NCBI GenBank assembly: GCA_965199495.1
Contig: CBDASK010000003.1
Span: 1,728,001 to 1,792,000 of the forward strand
Direction of reading: 5' to 3'
From: Abditibacterium sp.
Lineage (GTDB): Bacteria; Armatimonadota; Abditibacteriia; Abditibacteriales; Abditibacteriaceae
DNA length: 64,000 nucleotides
Position 1 is the stretch's first letter. Each line of letters starts with the position of its first letter. The position numbers and the translations under genes are program-made. Below, piece after piece: positions 9,306 to 19,988 of this stretch. The notes beneath the pieces are model-generated. The model had not been told where the DNA came from. It worked only from the letters and a program-made list of their open reading frames with translations, and did not search any database.

Positions 9306-10979
9306 CTACGCGATGCTGCGTTTCAATTCGTCCATTGTCTGCGGCCCCAATCCGTTCGATTGCGCGTGATCCGCGTTCTCCTGACGCTTCAAACCCGCTT
9401 CGATCAAACCGCGAAACAACGGATGCGCGCGCGTCGGGCGGCTTTTGAATTCGGGGTGAAACTGGCTGGCGATGAAAAATGGATGATCGGTCAGTTCGAT
9501 CATTTCGGCCAAACGCCCATCGGGCGAGAGGCCCGACATTACCAAACCGGCCTTGGTCAAATCGCGGTGATAACGCGGATTGACTTCGTAGCGATGGCGA
9601 TGGCGTTCCAAAACCATATCGCGACCGTAAAGTTTGAAGGCGAGCGTATCGTGCGGAATTTCGCACGGATAGGCGCCCACGCGCATGGTACCGCCTTTGT
9701 GCGTGATGGCGCGTTGCGCCTTCAAAATCGCGATCACCGGATGTGTGGTTTCGGGATTGAACTCGGTCGAGTGCGCGTCTTCCATGCCCGCCACGTTGCG
9801 CGCGAATTCGATGACGGCGGTTTGAAGTCCCAGACACAAGCCCAAAAACGGCAAACCGGTTTCGCGCGCGATGCGAATCGCCTCGATTTTGCCTTCGACG
9901 CCGCGCTCGCCAAAGCCACCGGGCACGACCAAAGCGTCCACATCTTCCAGTTCGGCGGCGATGCCCGCTTTATCTTCCGAGTTAATCCACTTGATTTCGG
10001 CCTCGGCGTCGCATTCCAACGCGCCATGTTCGATGGCCTCGACGACCGAAATATAAGTGTCGGGCTGCGCGGCGTGCTCCATATATTTGCCGCATATTGC
10101 GACCGTAAGCTTGCGTTTCGGGTGCATCACCGAATGCGAAATGCGCTCCCATTCGGTCAAATCGGGCGCAGTGTCGGGCAAGCCCAAACGCTTCAAAACT
10201 TTGCTCGAAAAACCCTGTTTCTCGAACGTCATCGGCAAATGATAAACGTGCTGCGCGTCCAAACCTTCGATGATACCGTCTTTGGCGATGTCGCAGTAAA
10301 GCGCGATTTTGCCTTTCATTTCGTCCGACATCGGCATTTTGGTGCGGCAAATCAAGATGTCGGGCGTGATGCCGATGTTGCGCAGTTCCCGAACGCTGTG
10401 CTGCGTCGGTTTTGTTTTCATCTCGTTCTTCGGGCCGACGAACGGCACCAGCGTGACGTGAACATACATCACGTTTTCGGCGCCCTCGTCCATCTTCATC
10501 TGGCGAATCGCTTCGGTGAAGGGCAGCGATTCGATGTCGCCGATGGTGCCGCCGATTTCGATAATCGCCACGTCGGCGTCGTTTTCGGCGGCGTTGGCGC
10601 GAATCCGATCTTTGATTTCGTCGGTGACGTGCGGGATGACCTGAACCGTGTGGCCCAAATAATCGCCGCGCCGCTCGCGCTCGATGACCGTGCTATACAC
10701 CACACCCGTCGTCATATTGGACAATTTGCCCAGATTCTGGTCAACGAAACGTTCGTAGTGACCCAAATCCAGGTCAGTTTCGGCGCCGTCTTCGGTCACG
10801 AAAACCTCGCCGTGCTGGTGCGGGTTCATGGTGCCCGCATCCACGTTGAGATACGGGTCAATTTTTTGAATGGAAACTTTGAGGCCGCGCGCCTTGAGCA
10901 ATGTGCCCAGACACGCCGTGGCGATACCTTTGCCGATGGACGACACCACGCCGCCGGTTACGAAAACATATTTAGTCAT
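9306..10979 (-). CDS. pyrG: CTP synthase
   Basis: MTKYVFVTGGVVSSIGKG, KIDPYLNVDAGTM, GLCLGLQ, QFHPEFKSRP. Confidence 0.98.
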   Translation of the reverse strand: MTKYVFVTGGVVSSIGKGIATACLGTLLKARGLKVSIQKIDPYLNVDAGTMNPHQHGEVFVTEDGAETDLDLGHYERFVDQNLGKLSNMTTGVVYSTVIERERRGDYLGHTVQVIPHVTDEIKDRIRANAAENDADVAIIEIGGTIGDIESLPFTEAIRQMKMDEGAENVMYVHVTLVPFVGPKNEMKTKPTQHSVRELRNIGITPDILICRTKMPMSDEMKGKIALYCDIAKDGIIEGLDAQHVYHLPMTFEKQGFSSKVLKRLGLPDTAPDLTEWERISHSVMHPKRKLTVAICGKYMEHAAQPDTYISVVEAIEHGALECDAEAEIKWINSEDKAGIAAELEDVDALVVPGGFGERGVEGKIEAIRIARETGLPFLGLCLGLQTAVIEFARNVAGMEDAHSTEFNPETTHPVIAILKAQRAITHKGGTMRVGAYPCEIPHDTLAFKLYGRDMVLERHRHRYEVNPRYHRDLTKAGLVMSGLSPDGRLAEMIELTDHPFFIASQFHPEFKSRPTRAHPLFRGLIEAGLKRQENADHAQSNGLGPQTMDELKRSIA

Positions 10980-11082
10980 GCGAATCACGATTTGAGAGGG
11001 AAAGGCGCGGGCGCCCGATAGATTTTACCAAAGAATGCTTATCTCTTTAGGGTGCGAACCCATAAAACAGCCCCACGCAACC

Positions 11083-11121
11083 AAACGGCGCTCGCTTTTT
11101 CAGAAAAAGCGAGCGCCGTTT
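11083..11121. terminator. Perfect 18-bp hairpin, likely intrinsic terminator
   Basis: AAACGGCGCTCGCTTTTT-CAG-AAAAAGCGAGCGCCGTTT, downstream of 11152..11601. Confidence 0.65.
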
Positions 11122-11151
11122 TAGGGGACTTAACGTGTTATCTCCGCAAAT

Positions 11152-11601
11152 TTACATTGCATGTGCTGGAGCTTGCGCGCCGCGTCCACCCTTGCCGCCA
11201 GCTCCACGTTCGGCCTGCATTTTGGCTTTCATCGCGGCCATTTTCTTCTGCTGGTCGGGCGTCAAAATAGCGTTGATTTTCTTTTCGTTGGCCGCGCGCA
11301 TCGCTTTCATTTTGGCCATTTTAGCTTTGGGATCCGTCGTGGTGTCGGCGCGCATCGCTTTCATCGCGTTGCGTTGCGCTTCCATAATCGGCTTGAGCTT
11401 GGCCTTTTGTGCGTCGGTCAGGTTCAAATCTTTCATCATTCTCATGCCGCCGCCGCGCATGCCGTCTCGTCCATTTGGGCCGGGCTTGCCCGCTTTGCCG
11501 TTGGCGCCGGGCGCCGCGTGCGCCGAAGTAGTCAGCAATCCGCCGCACAGCGACAGACCAAGCATCAAAGCGCCAACGCGCAGGTGAGATTTCAAATTCA
11601 T
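11152..11601 (-). CDS. Spy/CpxP-like (LTxxQ) secreted protein
   Basis: Signal peptide ending AHA; LNLTDAQK and ILTPDQQ motifs. Confidence 0.8.
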   Translation of the reverse strand: MNLKSHLRVGALMLGLSLCGGLLTTSAHAAPGANGKAGKPGPNGRDGMRGGGMRMMKDLNLTDAQKAKLKPIMEAQRNAMKAMRADTTTDPKAKMAKMKAMRAANEKKINAILTPDQQKKMAAMKAKMQAERGAGGKGGRGAQAPAHAM

Positions 11602-11749
11602 AATTTAGGTTTTCCTTGAATTGCGCAGCGACTTCCAACAACTGTCTCCGCGATTACAAAAAGTTAGACGCGCTTTATTTCGCTCGCGTTTCCGGCATGG
11701 GCGTGAACAAATCTGACGAAAACTGCGCGCTTGCGACAAACTACGATCT

Positions 11750-12079
11750 ATGGCCGAAACCATCTTTGGAAAAATCGCGCGCGGCGAAATCGAAGTGCCA
11801 CTGCTCTATCAAGACGACATTTGCGTCGCCTTCGCTGACAACGCGCCGCAAGCGCCGGTTCATCTGCTCGTCATTCCGCGCGAACCATTCGAGGATATTA
11901 CCGAAGTTGACGAGCCAATTATCGCGCGTGTCATGGCGGTGGCTGCTCGATTGGGCGCGGAAAAATGCCCCGACGGTTTTCGCCTCGTCACCAATACCGG
12001 TGCCGATGCCGGGCAATCGGTGCAACATTGGCACGTTCACGTTCTGGGCGGGCGCGAATTAAGCTGGCCGCCGGGCTGA
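11750..12079 (+). CDS. HIT family nucleotide hydrolase
   Basis: ETIFGKIARGEI, PQAPVHLLVIP, GQSVQHWHVHVLGGRELSWPPG. Confidence 0.95.
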   Translation: MAETIFGKIARGEIEVPLLYQDDICVAFADNAPQAPVHLLVIPREPFEDITEVDEPIIARVMAVAARLGAEKCPDGFRLVTNTGADAGQSVQHWHVHVLGGRELSWPPG

Positions 12080-12151
12080 GCCACCGATAGCAGCCACGGC
12101 GGCGGGCGGCTCGTTTGAGGCGCGCGGTTAAACTGAATTAGGGATCACAAA

Positions 12152-12604
12152 ATGAATTTACTCGAACAGATAACCGAAGATTATAAAGCCGCCATGAAGA
12201 GCGGCGACGCGACGCGCAAAATGACGCTGTCGGGACTTCGCGCCGCCTTCAAAAGCGCCGAAATTGACGCGCGTGGCACCGACAAAGTCGTGGACGACGA
12301 GACTTATCAAGCCGTCATCGAAAAAGAAGCGAAAAAGCGCCGCGAAAGCATCGAAGAGTTCACCAAAGCGAACCGAACCGACTTGGCCGACAAAGAAAGC
12401 GCCGAACTCGAAGTGCTCAAAGCCTATTTGCCAGAGCAAATGACCGACGAAGAACTGCAAGCGATGGTGACGCAAGTCATCGCGCAAACCGGAGCCAACT
12501 CGCCCAAAGATATGGGCCGCGTGATGGGCGTTCTGGTGCCGCGCATTCAGGGCCGCGCCGATGGCAAGTTGGCCTCGAAATTGGTGCGCGAAGCGTTGGC
12601 TTAA
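12152..12604 (+). CDS. yqeY: GatB/YqeY domain protein
   Basis: AMKSGD, KKRRESIEEF...R.DLADKE.AEL.VL..YLP, KDMGRVMG, ADGK. Confidence 0.92.
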   Translation: MNLLEQITEDYKAAMKSGDATRKMTLSGLRAAFKSAEIDARGTDKVVDDETYQAVIEKEAKKRRESIEEFTKANRTDLADKESAELEVLKAYLPEQMTDEELQAMVTQVIAQTGANSPKDMGRVMGVLVPRIQGRADGKLASKLVREALA

Positions 12605-12616
12605 CCTTAATTTACC

Positions 12617-13603
12617 GTGGAAAAAATCGAAATCTCCGTGCCCGCGCCGACTTCTGAGGCGGCGCGTCTGGTCTTTGGCGTCAACGACGAAACGCGCAAA
12701 CTCATCGAGCGTGAGCTGCCGGTTTCTCTCAAACTGCGCGACGAGGCCGTAGTTATCAGCGGCGACCAAACCGCCGCCGAACGCGCCGCCACTCTGCTGG
12801 CCGATTTGCTCGGCATCGCGCAGGACAGTTTGAAAGGCGGGCGCGCGCTGGCGCTCCCGGACATCAAATATCTGCTGCGCCAGACCAAGGGCGGAGAAAT
12901 CGTCAAAGGCGGCGCCAAAAAGATGATGTCCGATATTTTGGTCACCACCGAACGCGGCAAACCCATCGGCCCGCGCACCGCCGGGCAGAAAGAATATGTG
13001 GACGCCCTGCGCGAAAGCGAAATGGTTTTCGCGATAGGCCCAGCGGGCACCGGAAAAACGTACCTCGCTGTTGCCGCCGCCGTGGCTGCTCTCAAGAACA
13101 AGCAAGTCGCGCGCATTATTTTGACGCGTCCCGCCGTCGAAGCGGGCGAGCGATTGGGCTTTTTGCCGGGCGATTTGGAAGCCAAAATCGATCCATATTT
13201 GCGCCCGCTCTACGACGCGCTTTATGATTTGATGGACATGGAAAAGGCGCAAAAACTGTTCGAGCGCAAAGTCATCGAAATCGCGCCATTGGCTTATATG
13301 CGCGGGCGCACTTTGAATGACGCGTTCGTGATTTTGGACGAAGCGCAAAACGCGACCGGGCCGCAAATGAAAATGTTTCTGACGCGTCTGGGCTTTGGCT
13401 CGCGCATGGTGATAACGGGCGATGTGACGCAAACCGATTTGCCGCGCGGCGAAGAATCGGGCCTCAAGGCGGCGGCGCGCGTGTTGCCGGGCGTGCCGGG
13501 CATCGGCTTCGTGTTTCTGGGTCAGGCCGACGTGGTTCGTCACAATTTGGTGCAACGCATTATCGAGGCTTACGACCAAAACGATTATCCCGAACGCGGT
13601 TAG
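12617..13603 (+). CDS. phoH: PhoH family ATPase
   Basis: GPAGTGKTYLA, RPAVEAGERLGFLPGD, YMRGRTL, DEAQN. Confidence 0.96.
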   Translation: MEKIEISVPAPTSEAARLVFGVNDETRKLIERELPVSLKLRDEAVVISGDQTAAERAATLLADLLGIAQDSLKGGRALALPDIKYLLRQTKGGEIVKGGAKKMMSDILVTTERGKPIGPRTAGQKEYVDALRESEMVFAIGPAGTGKTYLAVAAAVAALKNKQVARIILTRPAVEAGERLGFLPGDLEAKIDPYLRPLYDALYDLMDMEKAQKLFERKVIEIAPLAYMRGRTLNDAFVILDEAQNATGPQMKMFLTRLGFGSRMVITGDVTQTDLPRGEESGLKAAARVLPGVPGIGFVFLGQADVVRHNLVQRIIEAYDQNDYPERG

Positions 13604-13725
13604 CCGATATTCCTGTTGACAGAAATTTCGTTTTTATCCGCGCGAATTTGGGACGCCATTTCAGTTGAGTCGTCTGAAATTTCCCAATATAACGCCAATT
13701 GTTCCGATGATTGCGCGTTTTGCCC

Positions 13726-16341
13726 ATGAATTCCCCTCTCAAGCCCGACGATAACGCGCGCGCGCCGCTCAACTTGGAGTTGCTACGCGGCGGCCCAATC
13801 TCAATTGAGGAGAAGGGGGCGAGCGCGGAACAACACAAACGCGAAACCGAAATCGCGCGCGCCTTGGAGAAAGCCACCGGCAGCGAATTGTCGCCCGAAG
13901 CTATCGAAGCCTTGGCTTCCGAAGCGCCGCTCATTCCGCCGCGCGAGCCGGTGGGCGCGCGGTTGGCGAATTATCTGGGGCGCCACCAACTGCTGTTGTT
14001 CGTGCTGTCGTTTTTCGCGTTGTGGGCGATTGTCATCGTGCCGACGCCGGGCGCCGACCGCGATTTGGCGCCCGGTTTGGTCGCGCCGCGCGACGTAATC
14101 GCGCCGCACAACGCGTTTTTGCCCGACGAGGCCGAAACCGCCAAACGCCGCGAGGCCGCCGCCGCGCTCGTCACGCCCGCCTACGATCCCAATCCCGGCG
14201 CGTTGGGCCAAGCGCTCATCGAGTTGCCCGCGCTCGCGGGCAAACTGCGCGCGGCCACGCAAGCGGCGCGCGCCGTGCCCGCTCCAATCGCGAACGCGCC
14301 CAAGGTGCCCGCGAAAGTGGGCGTTAAAACAACCCCGAACAAAACGCCAACTCAAACTGCGCTTCGAACTTTCCAAAAAATCAGCGATTGGAAAATCGCG
14401 CCCGCGACGTTGCCGCTATTACTGCGCGTTCAAGACGACCAATGGCAAACCGTGGACGCCGCCGCGACCAGCGCGGTGCGCGCGGCCTATCTGCGCGGGC
14501 GCATTCGCTCCGATGTCGCGCCCGATGCCGAGGGCGTGCGCCCGCTTTTGCGCGCGCAAATCGAAACGTTCGGCGTGCAAATTCCGCTCTCCAACGGCGA
14601 AAAAGCCGCCGCGTTGTTATTGGCGTCGCACGTCGCGAGTGTGCCGAATGTGATGGTGAATCAGGAAAAAACCGACGACGCGCGCCGTGATGCGCGCGCG
14701 GCGGTTTTGCCGGTTTACACGCACATCGAGGCCAACGCGCCGCTCGTGCGGCAGGGCGAGCGCATCTCGAACGAGCAGTGGGCGCAGTTGCAATCGCTGG
14801 GCGTCGTCGCGCCGCAATTTTCGCCGCTCACCGCTTTAGCGATTGGCGCGTTATGTCTGATGTTAGTTTCGGGCGCGGCAGCCTACATCGGCGGCGGGCG
14901 GCGCGAAGTGTTGGAACGGCCAGCGGCTCTGTGGCTGGTTTCGGTCGTGCCCATCGTTTTTCTGCTGGCGTTTCGCCTGATTTTACGGGTGCCCCACGCC
15001 GATTTCTTGATGATCGCGTTGGCAGCCACGGCGGCGATGTTGTTGACGATTCTGCTCGATATGCGCTTGGGCGTGCCCGCCGGGTTCGTCGTGGCTGCTC
15101 TGGCCGCGCTGATGGCGCGCGCCGACGCCGAGCTGTTTTTGGCCGCGACGTTATCGGCGTGGATCGGCGCTCTCTTGGTCGCGCGCTTCTCATCGCGCTT
15201 TGCCTTGCTGCGCGCGATTGTGATTTTAGGTTTGATTAACGGGATTTTGGCGGGCGCGCTGGGCGTTTTGCGCGAGGCGCCGCTCGAAGAATTGATGTCG
15301 AGCGTCGCGTGGGATGTGCTGGCGGGCGGCGCTTCGGTTTTGGTGGCGGCGGGCTTGGCGATTTTCCTCGAACGCCCGTTTGGCATCACGTCGCATTTGC
15401 GCTTGCTCGAACTTTTGGCACCCGATGAAGCCGTTGTGCGCCGCATGCAGGTCGAGGCACCCGGCACTTATACGCACTCGCTGATGGTCGCGAATTTAGC
15501 CGAAGCCGCCGCCAAACGCGTCGGCGCCGATTCGCTGCTCTGCCGCGTCGCCGGTTTGTATCACGATATTGGCAAACTGCGGCGCCCGCACTGTTTTATC
15601 GAAAACCAGTGCGGCGACAATATCCACGACCGCTTGTCGCCCGGACTTTCGGCATTGCTGATTAAAGCCCACGTCAAAGACGGGCTGGAACTGGGGCGCG
15701 CGATTCGGTTGCCGTCGCCGGTGTTGGAAGTCATCGCGTCGCATCACGGCAAAAGCACGGTCGCTTATTTTCTGCATCGCGCCAAACAAATGGCGGGCGA
15801 TGGTGGCGTGGACGAAAAAATCTATCGTTATTCCGGCCCGCGCCCGCGTTCGCGCGAGGCGGCGATTGTCTTGTTGGCTGATTCGCTCGAAGCCTCGACG
15901 CGCTCGATTCCGCATCTGACGCCCGACGGTTTGGACGCGCACATCGAAAAAATCGTCGAGTGCCGCATTCGCGAGGGCGAGCTGAGCGAATCGGAGTTGT
16001 CGTTGCGCGAAATCGGCGAAATTCGCGAGGCGTTCGCGGTCACGATGCGCGGCGCGATGCACGGGCGCATCGCCTATCCAGACGCGCAAAAAGTCGAGAC
16101 CGACAAAGATTGGGTTTCGCAGAAATTGGGCGAACGGCGCCGTTCGTCGCGCGCGGAAAATGGCGCGCAAGTCGCAACGAACGCGCAAAACAGTCAAAAT
16201 AAAGAGGGCAACGCGCCCAACCTCAACCCCGCGCTCTCCAAACGCGCGCGCCGCCGCGCTCAAAAAAATGCCTCCCCCCCAAGCCTCGAATCCCCAACGC
16301 CCGAACCCGCAGACCGCCAGCGAACTGCAGGCCGCGACTGA
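13726..16341 (+). CDS. 7TM-HD (HDIG) phosphohydrolase, PgpH-like
   Basis: Extracellular domain, about 7 TM helices, EAPGTYTHS, YHDIGK, HHG, LADSLEA; lies between phoH and ybeY. Confidence 0.9.
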   Translation: MNSPLKPDDNARAPLNLELLRGGPISIEEKGASAEQHKRETEIARALEKATGSELSPEAIEALASEAPLIPPREPVGARLANYLGRHQLLLFVLSFFALWAIVIVPTPGADRDLAPGLVAPRDVIAPHNAFLPDEAETAKRREAAAALVTPAYDPNPGALGQALIELPALAGKLRAATQAARAVPAPIANAPKVPAKVGVKTTPNKTPTQTALRTFQKISDWKIAPATLPLLLRVQDDQWQTVDAAATSAVRAAYLRGRIRSDVAPDAEGVRPLLRAQIETFGVQIPLSNGEKAAALLLASHVASVPNVMVNQEKTDDARRDARAAVLPVYTHIEANAPLVRQGERISNEQWAQLQSLGVVAPQFSPLTALAIGALCLMLVSGAAAYIGGGRREVLERPAALWLVSVVPIVFLLAFRLILRVPHADFLMIALAATAAMLLTILLDMRLGVPAGFVVAALAALMARADAELFLAATLSAWIGALLVARFSSRFALLRAIVILGLINGILAGALGVLREAPLEELMSSVAWDVLAGGASVLVAAGLAIFLERPFGITSHLRLLELLAPDEAVVRRMQVEAPGTYTHSLMVANLAEAAAKRVGADSLLCRVAGLYHDIGKLRRPHCFIENQCGDNIHDRLSPGLSALLIKAHVKDGLELGRAIRLPSPVLEVIASHHGKSTVAYFLHRAKQMAGDGGVDEKIYRYSGPRPRSREAAIVLLADSLEASTRSIPHLTPDGLDAHIEKIVECRIREGELSESELSLREIGEIREAFAVTMRGAMHGRIAYPDAQKVETDKDWVSQKLGERRRSSRAENGAQVATNAQNSQNKEGNAPNLNPALSKRARRRAQKNASPPSLESPTPEPADRQRTAGRD

Positions 16342-16432
16342 CGACCCGCGAAGTCGAAAATCGGCGCCCAAATCTGCGCGCGCTTCGACACTTTTAACGC
16401 CCGCGCTCAAACCTCGCATTTCGCCGTATTGG

Positions 16433-17014
16433 ATGGACGAATCCACGCGGGTTTATCGAAAAATACGCGCGACGCCGCCCATCGAATTGTCCGACGGAAC
16501 AACCGCCGACTGGCCTTTGACTAACACGTTGACGGCGGCGATACGCGCGGCATTGCAACAAACGTTTGGCAACGTCGCGCCCAACGCGCTGAACAATTCG
16601 CCGCTTCATCCCGCCCTACTCGAACAGATTGAGCAACGCCAAAATCAGGGTTACGGATTCGAGATTCAGGTCGGCGTTTTCGACGACGAAACGATTCAAC
16701 AGACCAACCTTCAATATCGCGACAAAGACAAAGCGACTGACGTTTTATCGTTTTCGCCGTGGGAAGGCATCGCATTTCCTTCGCCGCCCGACGAGTCTTA
16801 CATCATGCTGGGCGATGTGGTCATTTCCATCGAAACTGCGATTCGTCAGGCGCGCGAATTGAAACACGATTTGCGCGCCGAAGTCGCGTTTTTGGCGGTT
16901 CACGGTGCCCTGCATTTGCTGGGCTACGATCACGGAAACGATACGCAGCGCCGCAAGATGTTCGCGATGCAAGATGAAATTGTGGCCCGCGTGCGGGAGG
17001 CCAAAGGATTTTAA
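16433..17014 (+). CDS. ybeY: Endoribonuclease YbeY (start uncertain)
   Basis: YRDKDKATDVLSF, LGDVVIS, HGALHLLGYDH. Confidence 0.9.
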   Translation: MDESTRVYRKIRATPPIELSDGTTADWPLTNTLTAAIRAALQQTFGNVAPNALNNSPLHPALLEQIEQRQNQGYGFEIQVGVFDDETIQQTNLQYRDKDKATDVLSFSPWEGIAFPSPPDESYIMLGDVVISIETAIRQARELKHDLRAEVAFLAVHGALHLLGYDHGNDTQRRKMFAMQDEIVARVREAKGF

Positions 17015-17025
17015 CTTCCTCGGCG

Positions 17026-18372
17026 TTGCTGATAATTGCCGCTCTGTGCGGCGTGACTGAAGCGATTTTCACCGCGCTTGAAGTCGCGCTGGGCACGGTT
17101 TCGCGCGCCCGTTTGCGCGCCCTACAAAGCGCCGCGCGCGAAGAAGCAAGCGTTTCGCCCGCCACGCTCCGCCAGACCGACCGCGTTTTGGAATTGCTCG
17201 AACGGCCCGACCGTTTGGCGCTGTTGTTCATCACCATCACTTCGCTGAGTTTGTGGCTCGCCGCTTCGCTGCTGACGTGGAATTCGATTGCCCAGGATTG
17301 GCCGTTATGGGTTTTGCCGCTCGCGCTCGTCGGACTGTTATTCGTCGCCGAAGTTTTGCCCTTACTTATCGCCGCGCGCCACGCCGAAGCGATTGCCCTG
17401 CGCGGCAACGGGTTAATCCGATTTTCGCTGAAACTTTGGTCGCCAATTTTAGCGGTTTTGGGCGGCATCGCTTTCGGCATGGCGCGCACGTTGGGCAGCG
17501 GCCCCGACGCGCGGCCCGATGTGACTGAAGGCGAATTGCGCACGGCACTCGCCGCCGCCGAAGAAGAGGGCGTCATCGAGAGCGACGAGCGCGCTTTGAT
17601 CGAAGGCGCGATGGATTTTCGCGAGAAAGTCGTGCGCGAAGTGATGACGCCGCGCCCCGACATCATCGGCATTTCCGCCGACGCAACGCTCGCGCAAGCG
17701 CTCGAAACCGCGCTGGGTCAAGGCCATTCGCGCCTGCCGGTTTACGAAGGCAGTTTGGATAAAATCGTCGGCGTTCTGGCGGCTAAAGATGTGTTACCGT
17801 TCTTGAAAAACGGCGACAGCCTCAAAACCGCGCGCGAAGTGGCGCGCGCGGCTTACTTTGTGCCCCAAACCAAAAAGCTGACTTCGATGCTGGACGAACT
17901 GCGGCGTGGGCGCACTTTGCTCGCGATTGTGGTGGACGAAAATGGCGGCACCGCCGGGCTGGTAACGTTGGAAGATTTAATCGAGGAATTGGTCGGCGAA
18001 ATTCAGGATGAATACGATTTGGAAGAAGCGCCATTGCGCATCGTCGAAGAGGCAGAGGCGCCAACCGTATTGTGCGACGCCAGCGCGACCGCCCGCGATT
18101 TTCGGCGCTTTTTCGGGCGCCAGTTCAAGATGGTGGCCACGCTACGCGACGCCGACGGCGACCGCGTTGAATCGGGCGAAACTCTGGCGGCGCTGGCGCT
18201 CGAACTGTTCGCCGATGTGCCCAGCGAAGGCGATACCATCGCGGCGGGCGACGCCGTGGCTGTTACGCCCGACATCCGCGCGCAGTTCGGTTTGCAACTG
18301 CAAATCGTGAAAATGGACGGGCCGCGCATCGAAGAAGTGAAAATTACACTGATGGAAGAAACCCACTCGTAG
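17026..18372 (+). CDS. Hemolysin/CNNM-CBS-CorC family protein 1
   Basis: DUF21-like TM region, VREVMTPRPDI, HSRLPVY, VVDENGGTAGLVTLEDLIEELVGEIQDEYD. Confidence 0.92.
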   Translation: MLIIAALCGVTEAIFTALEVALGTVSRARLRALQSAAREEASVSPATLRQTDRVLELLERPDRLALLFITITSLSLWLAASLLTWNSIAQDWPLWVLPLALVGLLFVAEVLPLLIAARHAEAIALRGNGLIRFSLKLWSPILAVLGGIAFGMARTLGSGPDARPDVTEGELRTALAAAEEEGVIESDERALIEGAMDFREKVVREVMTPRPDIIGISADATLAQALETALGQGHSRLPVYEGSLDKIVGVLAAKDVLPFLKNGDSLKTAREVARAAYFVPQTKKLTSMLDELRRGRTLLAIVVDENGGTAGLVTLEDLIEELVGEIQDEYDLEEAPLRIVEEAEAPTVLCDASATARDFRRFFGRQFKMVATLRDADGDRVESGETLAALALELFADVPSEGDTIAAGDAVAVTPDIRAQFGLQLQIVKMDGPRIEEVKITLMEETHS

Positions 18373-18469
18373 AGACGCCGATTTATCGCGTCTAAAACGT
18401 CGAACTTGCCGTTACTTTGGAATAACCCTACCATTTTAGACGCGATAAATCGGCGTCTCTACGAGTGGG
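18362..18469. repeat. REPIN-like inverted doublet, GTAG-AGACG family (family B)
   Basis: GTAGAGACGCCGATTTATCGCGTCT...AGACGCGATAAATCGGCGTCTCTAC (18369-18462); the stem extends into the flanks. Confidence 0.9.
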
Positions 18470-18493
18470 ATTGCCAAGTGTTAGAACCAACCA

Positions 18494-19774
18494 ATGTTCC
18501 CGCTCTATCCGATTTTACTATTCGTCGCGCTTTTGCTCGTCGCGCTGTTCGCCGCGTCCGAGGCGGCGCTGGCGGCGACCAATCGCGTGCGGTTGCGCCA
18601 TTTGCTGCGCAATCAGACCGAGGAAAACGCGATATCGGCGCCCAGCGATTTGTCGCGCGACGCGCAATCGTTTATCGCCACCGTCACCATCGCGGCCAAT
18701 ATTCCGCTCGTCATCGCGGCGTGTCTGGCGCTTTTGCTCGGCCTTGAATACTTCGGCAACCCCGGCGCTTTAGTTCTGTCGGCGGGCATCGCGTTGCTCA
18801 CCGTTGCGCTGTTTCAGGTCACGCCGCGTTTGTTAGTTTCGGCGCCCGGCGCGATGGAACGGTTGTGGTGGCTGCAACCGGCGCGCTTGCTCGTCGCGAT
18901 TTTGCGGCCCGGCGTCAGCATATTGCTGTTCGTGGGCCGCTTGGTTTTGGCGCCGTTGGGTCTGCTCGATGCGCCGCGCGCGCGCGATGCAGCCACGGGC
19001 GACGAGGAGATTCGCGATTTGGTCGAAGCGGCGGGCGCCAAAGGCGCTTTGAGCGAATCGCGCGAACTCATCGAAAGCATTTTCACCTTTGGCGACACGC
19101 GCGTTCACGAAGTGATGATTCCACGTCCCGACATCATCGCCCTCCCGCAGGAAGCCAACGCCGCGCGCGTGATGCAAATTTTCGAGGAAACCGGCGCCTC
19201 GCGCGTGCCGCTTTATGAAGGTTCGATTGACCAAGTCGTCGGCATTTTGCACGTCAAAGACGTGTTGGCGCAATTGAAAGACGGCCAGCGCGATTTCGAT
19301 CCGCGCTTGATGTTGCGCACGCCGCTTTACGTGCCGGAATCGCAAAAAATCGAGACCGCCTTGGCCGCGATGCGCGCACAAAAAACGCACTTGGCGATTG
19401 TGATTGACGAATTCGGCGGCACCGCCGGACTTTTAACGGTCGAAGATATTTTGGAAGAGTTGGTCGGAGAAATCGCCGACGAACACGACCGCCGCGACGA
19501 ATCGCTGGCGATTTTGGACGAACACACCGCGCTCGCCGACGCGCGTTTGCACGCCTCGGAACTCGAAGCGGCGTGGGGTCTGGCGTTGCCGTATGACGAA
19601 TTCGATACCATCGGCGGCATTATGATCGAGAAGTTGGGCCGCGAACTCAAAGTCGGCGACCAACTGCAACTGCCGGGCGCACTACTCACGGTTTATTCGA
19701 CGCGCGGACGGCGTCCGCACAAAATTCATATCGCGCGCCGTGAAACCGCAACGCCCGCAGACGAAGCGGGATAA
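18494..19774 (+). CDS. Hemolysin/CNNM-CBS-CorC family protein 2
   Basis: FAASEAAL, VHEVMIPRPDI, VIDEFGGTAGLLTVEDILEELVGEI, FDTIGG. Confidence 0.92.
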   Translation: MFPLYPILLFVALLLVALFAASEAALAATNRVRLRHLLRNQTEENAISAPSDLSRDAQSFIATVTIAANIPLVIAACLALLLGLEYFGNPGALVLSAGIALLTVALFQVTPRLLVSAPGAMERLWWLQPARLLVAILRPGVSILLFVGRLVLAPLGLLDAPRARDAATGDEEIRDLVEAAGAKGALSESRELIESIFTFGDTRVHEVMIPRPDIIALPQEANAARVMQIFEETGASRVPLYEGSIDQVVGILHVKDVLAQLKDGQRDFDPRLMLRTPLYVPESQKIETALAAMRAQKTHLAIVIDEFGGTAGLLTVEDILEELVGEIADEHDRRDESLAILDEHTALADARLHASELEAAWGLALPYDEFDTIGGIMIEKLGRELKVGDQLQLPGALLTVYSTRGRRPHKIHIARRETATPADEAG

Positions 19775-19804
19775 AACAAACCGCGTGTTGCGCCCTTGTT
19801 GTTC

Positions 19805-19900
19805 GTAGAGACGGCGATTTATCGCGTCTGAAAACCTCCGATTTGCTTCAACTCATTGGTAAATCGGACGTTTTTAGACGCGATAAATCGCCGTCTCTAC
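19805..19900. repeat. REPIN-like inverted doublet, family B
   Basis: GTAGAGACGGCGATTTATCGCGTCT...AGACGCGATAAATCGCCGTCTCTAC. Confidence 0.9.
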
Positions 19901-19988
19901 GGAATGCGCGTCATTCTCGAACGTAAATTTTTCTTAATTGCCGCCGCGCGTGGCTGTGGTTATGGTCAAACTGTCGTCTTATTCGATT

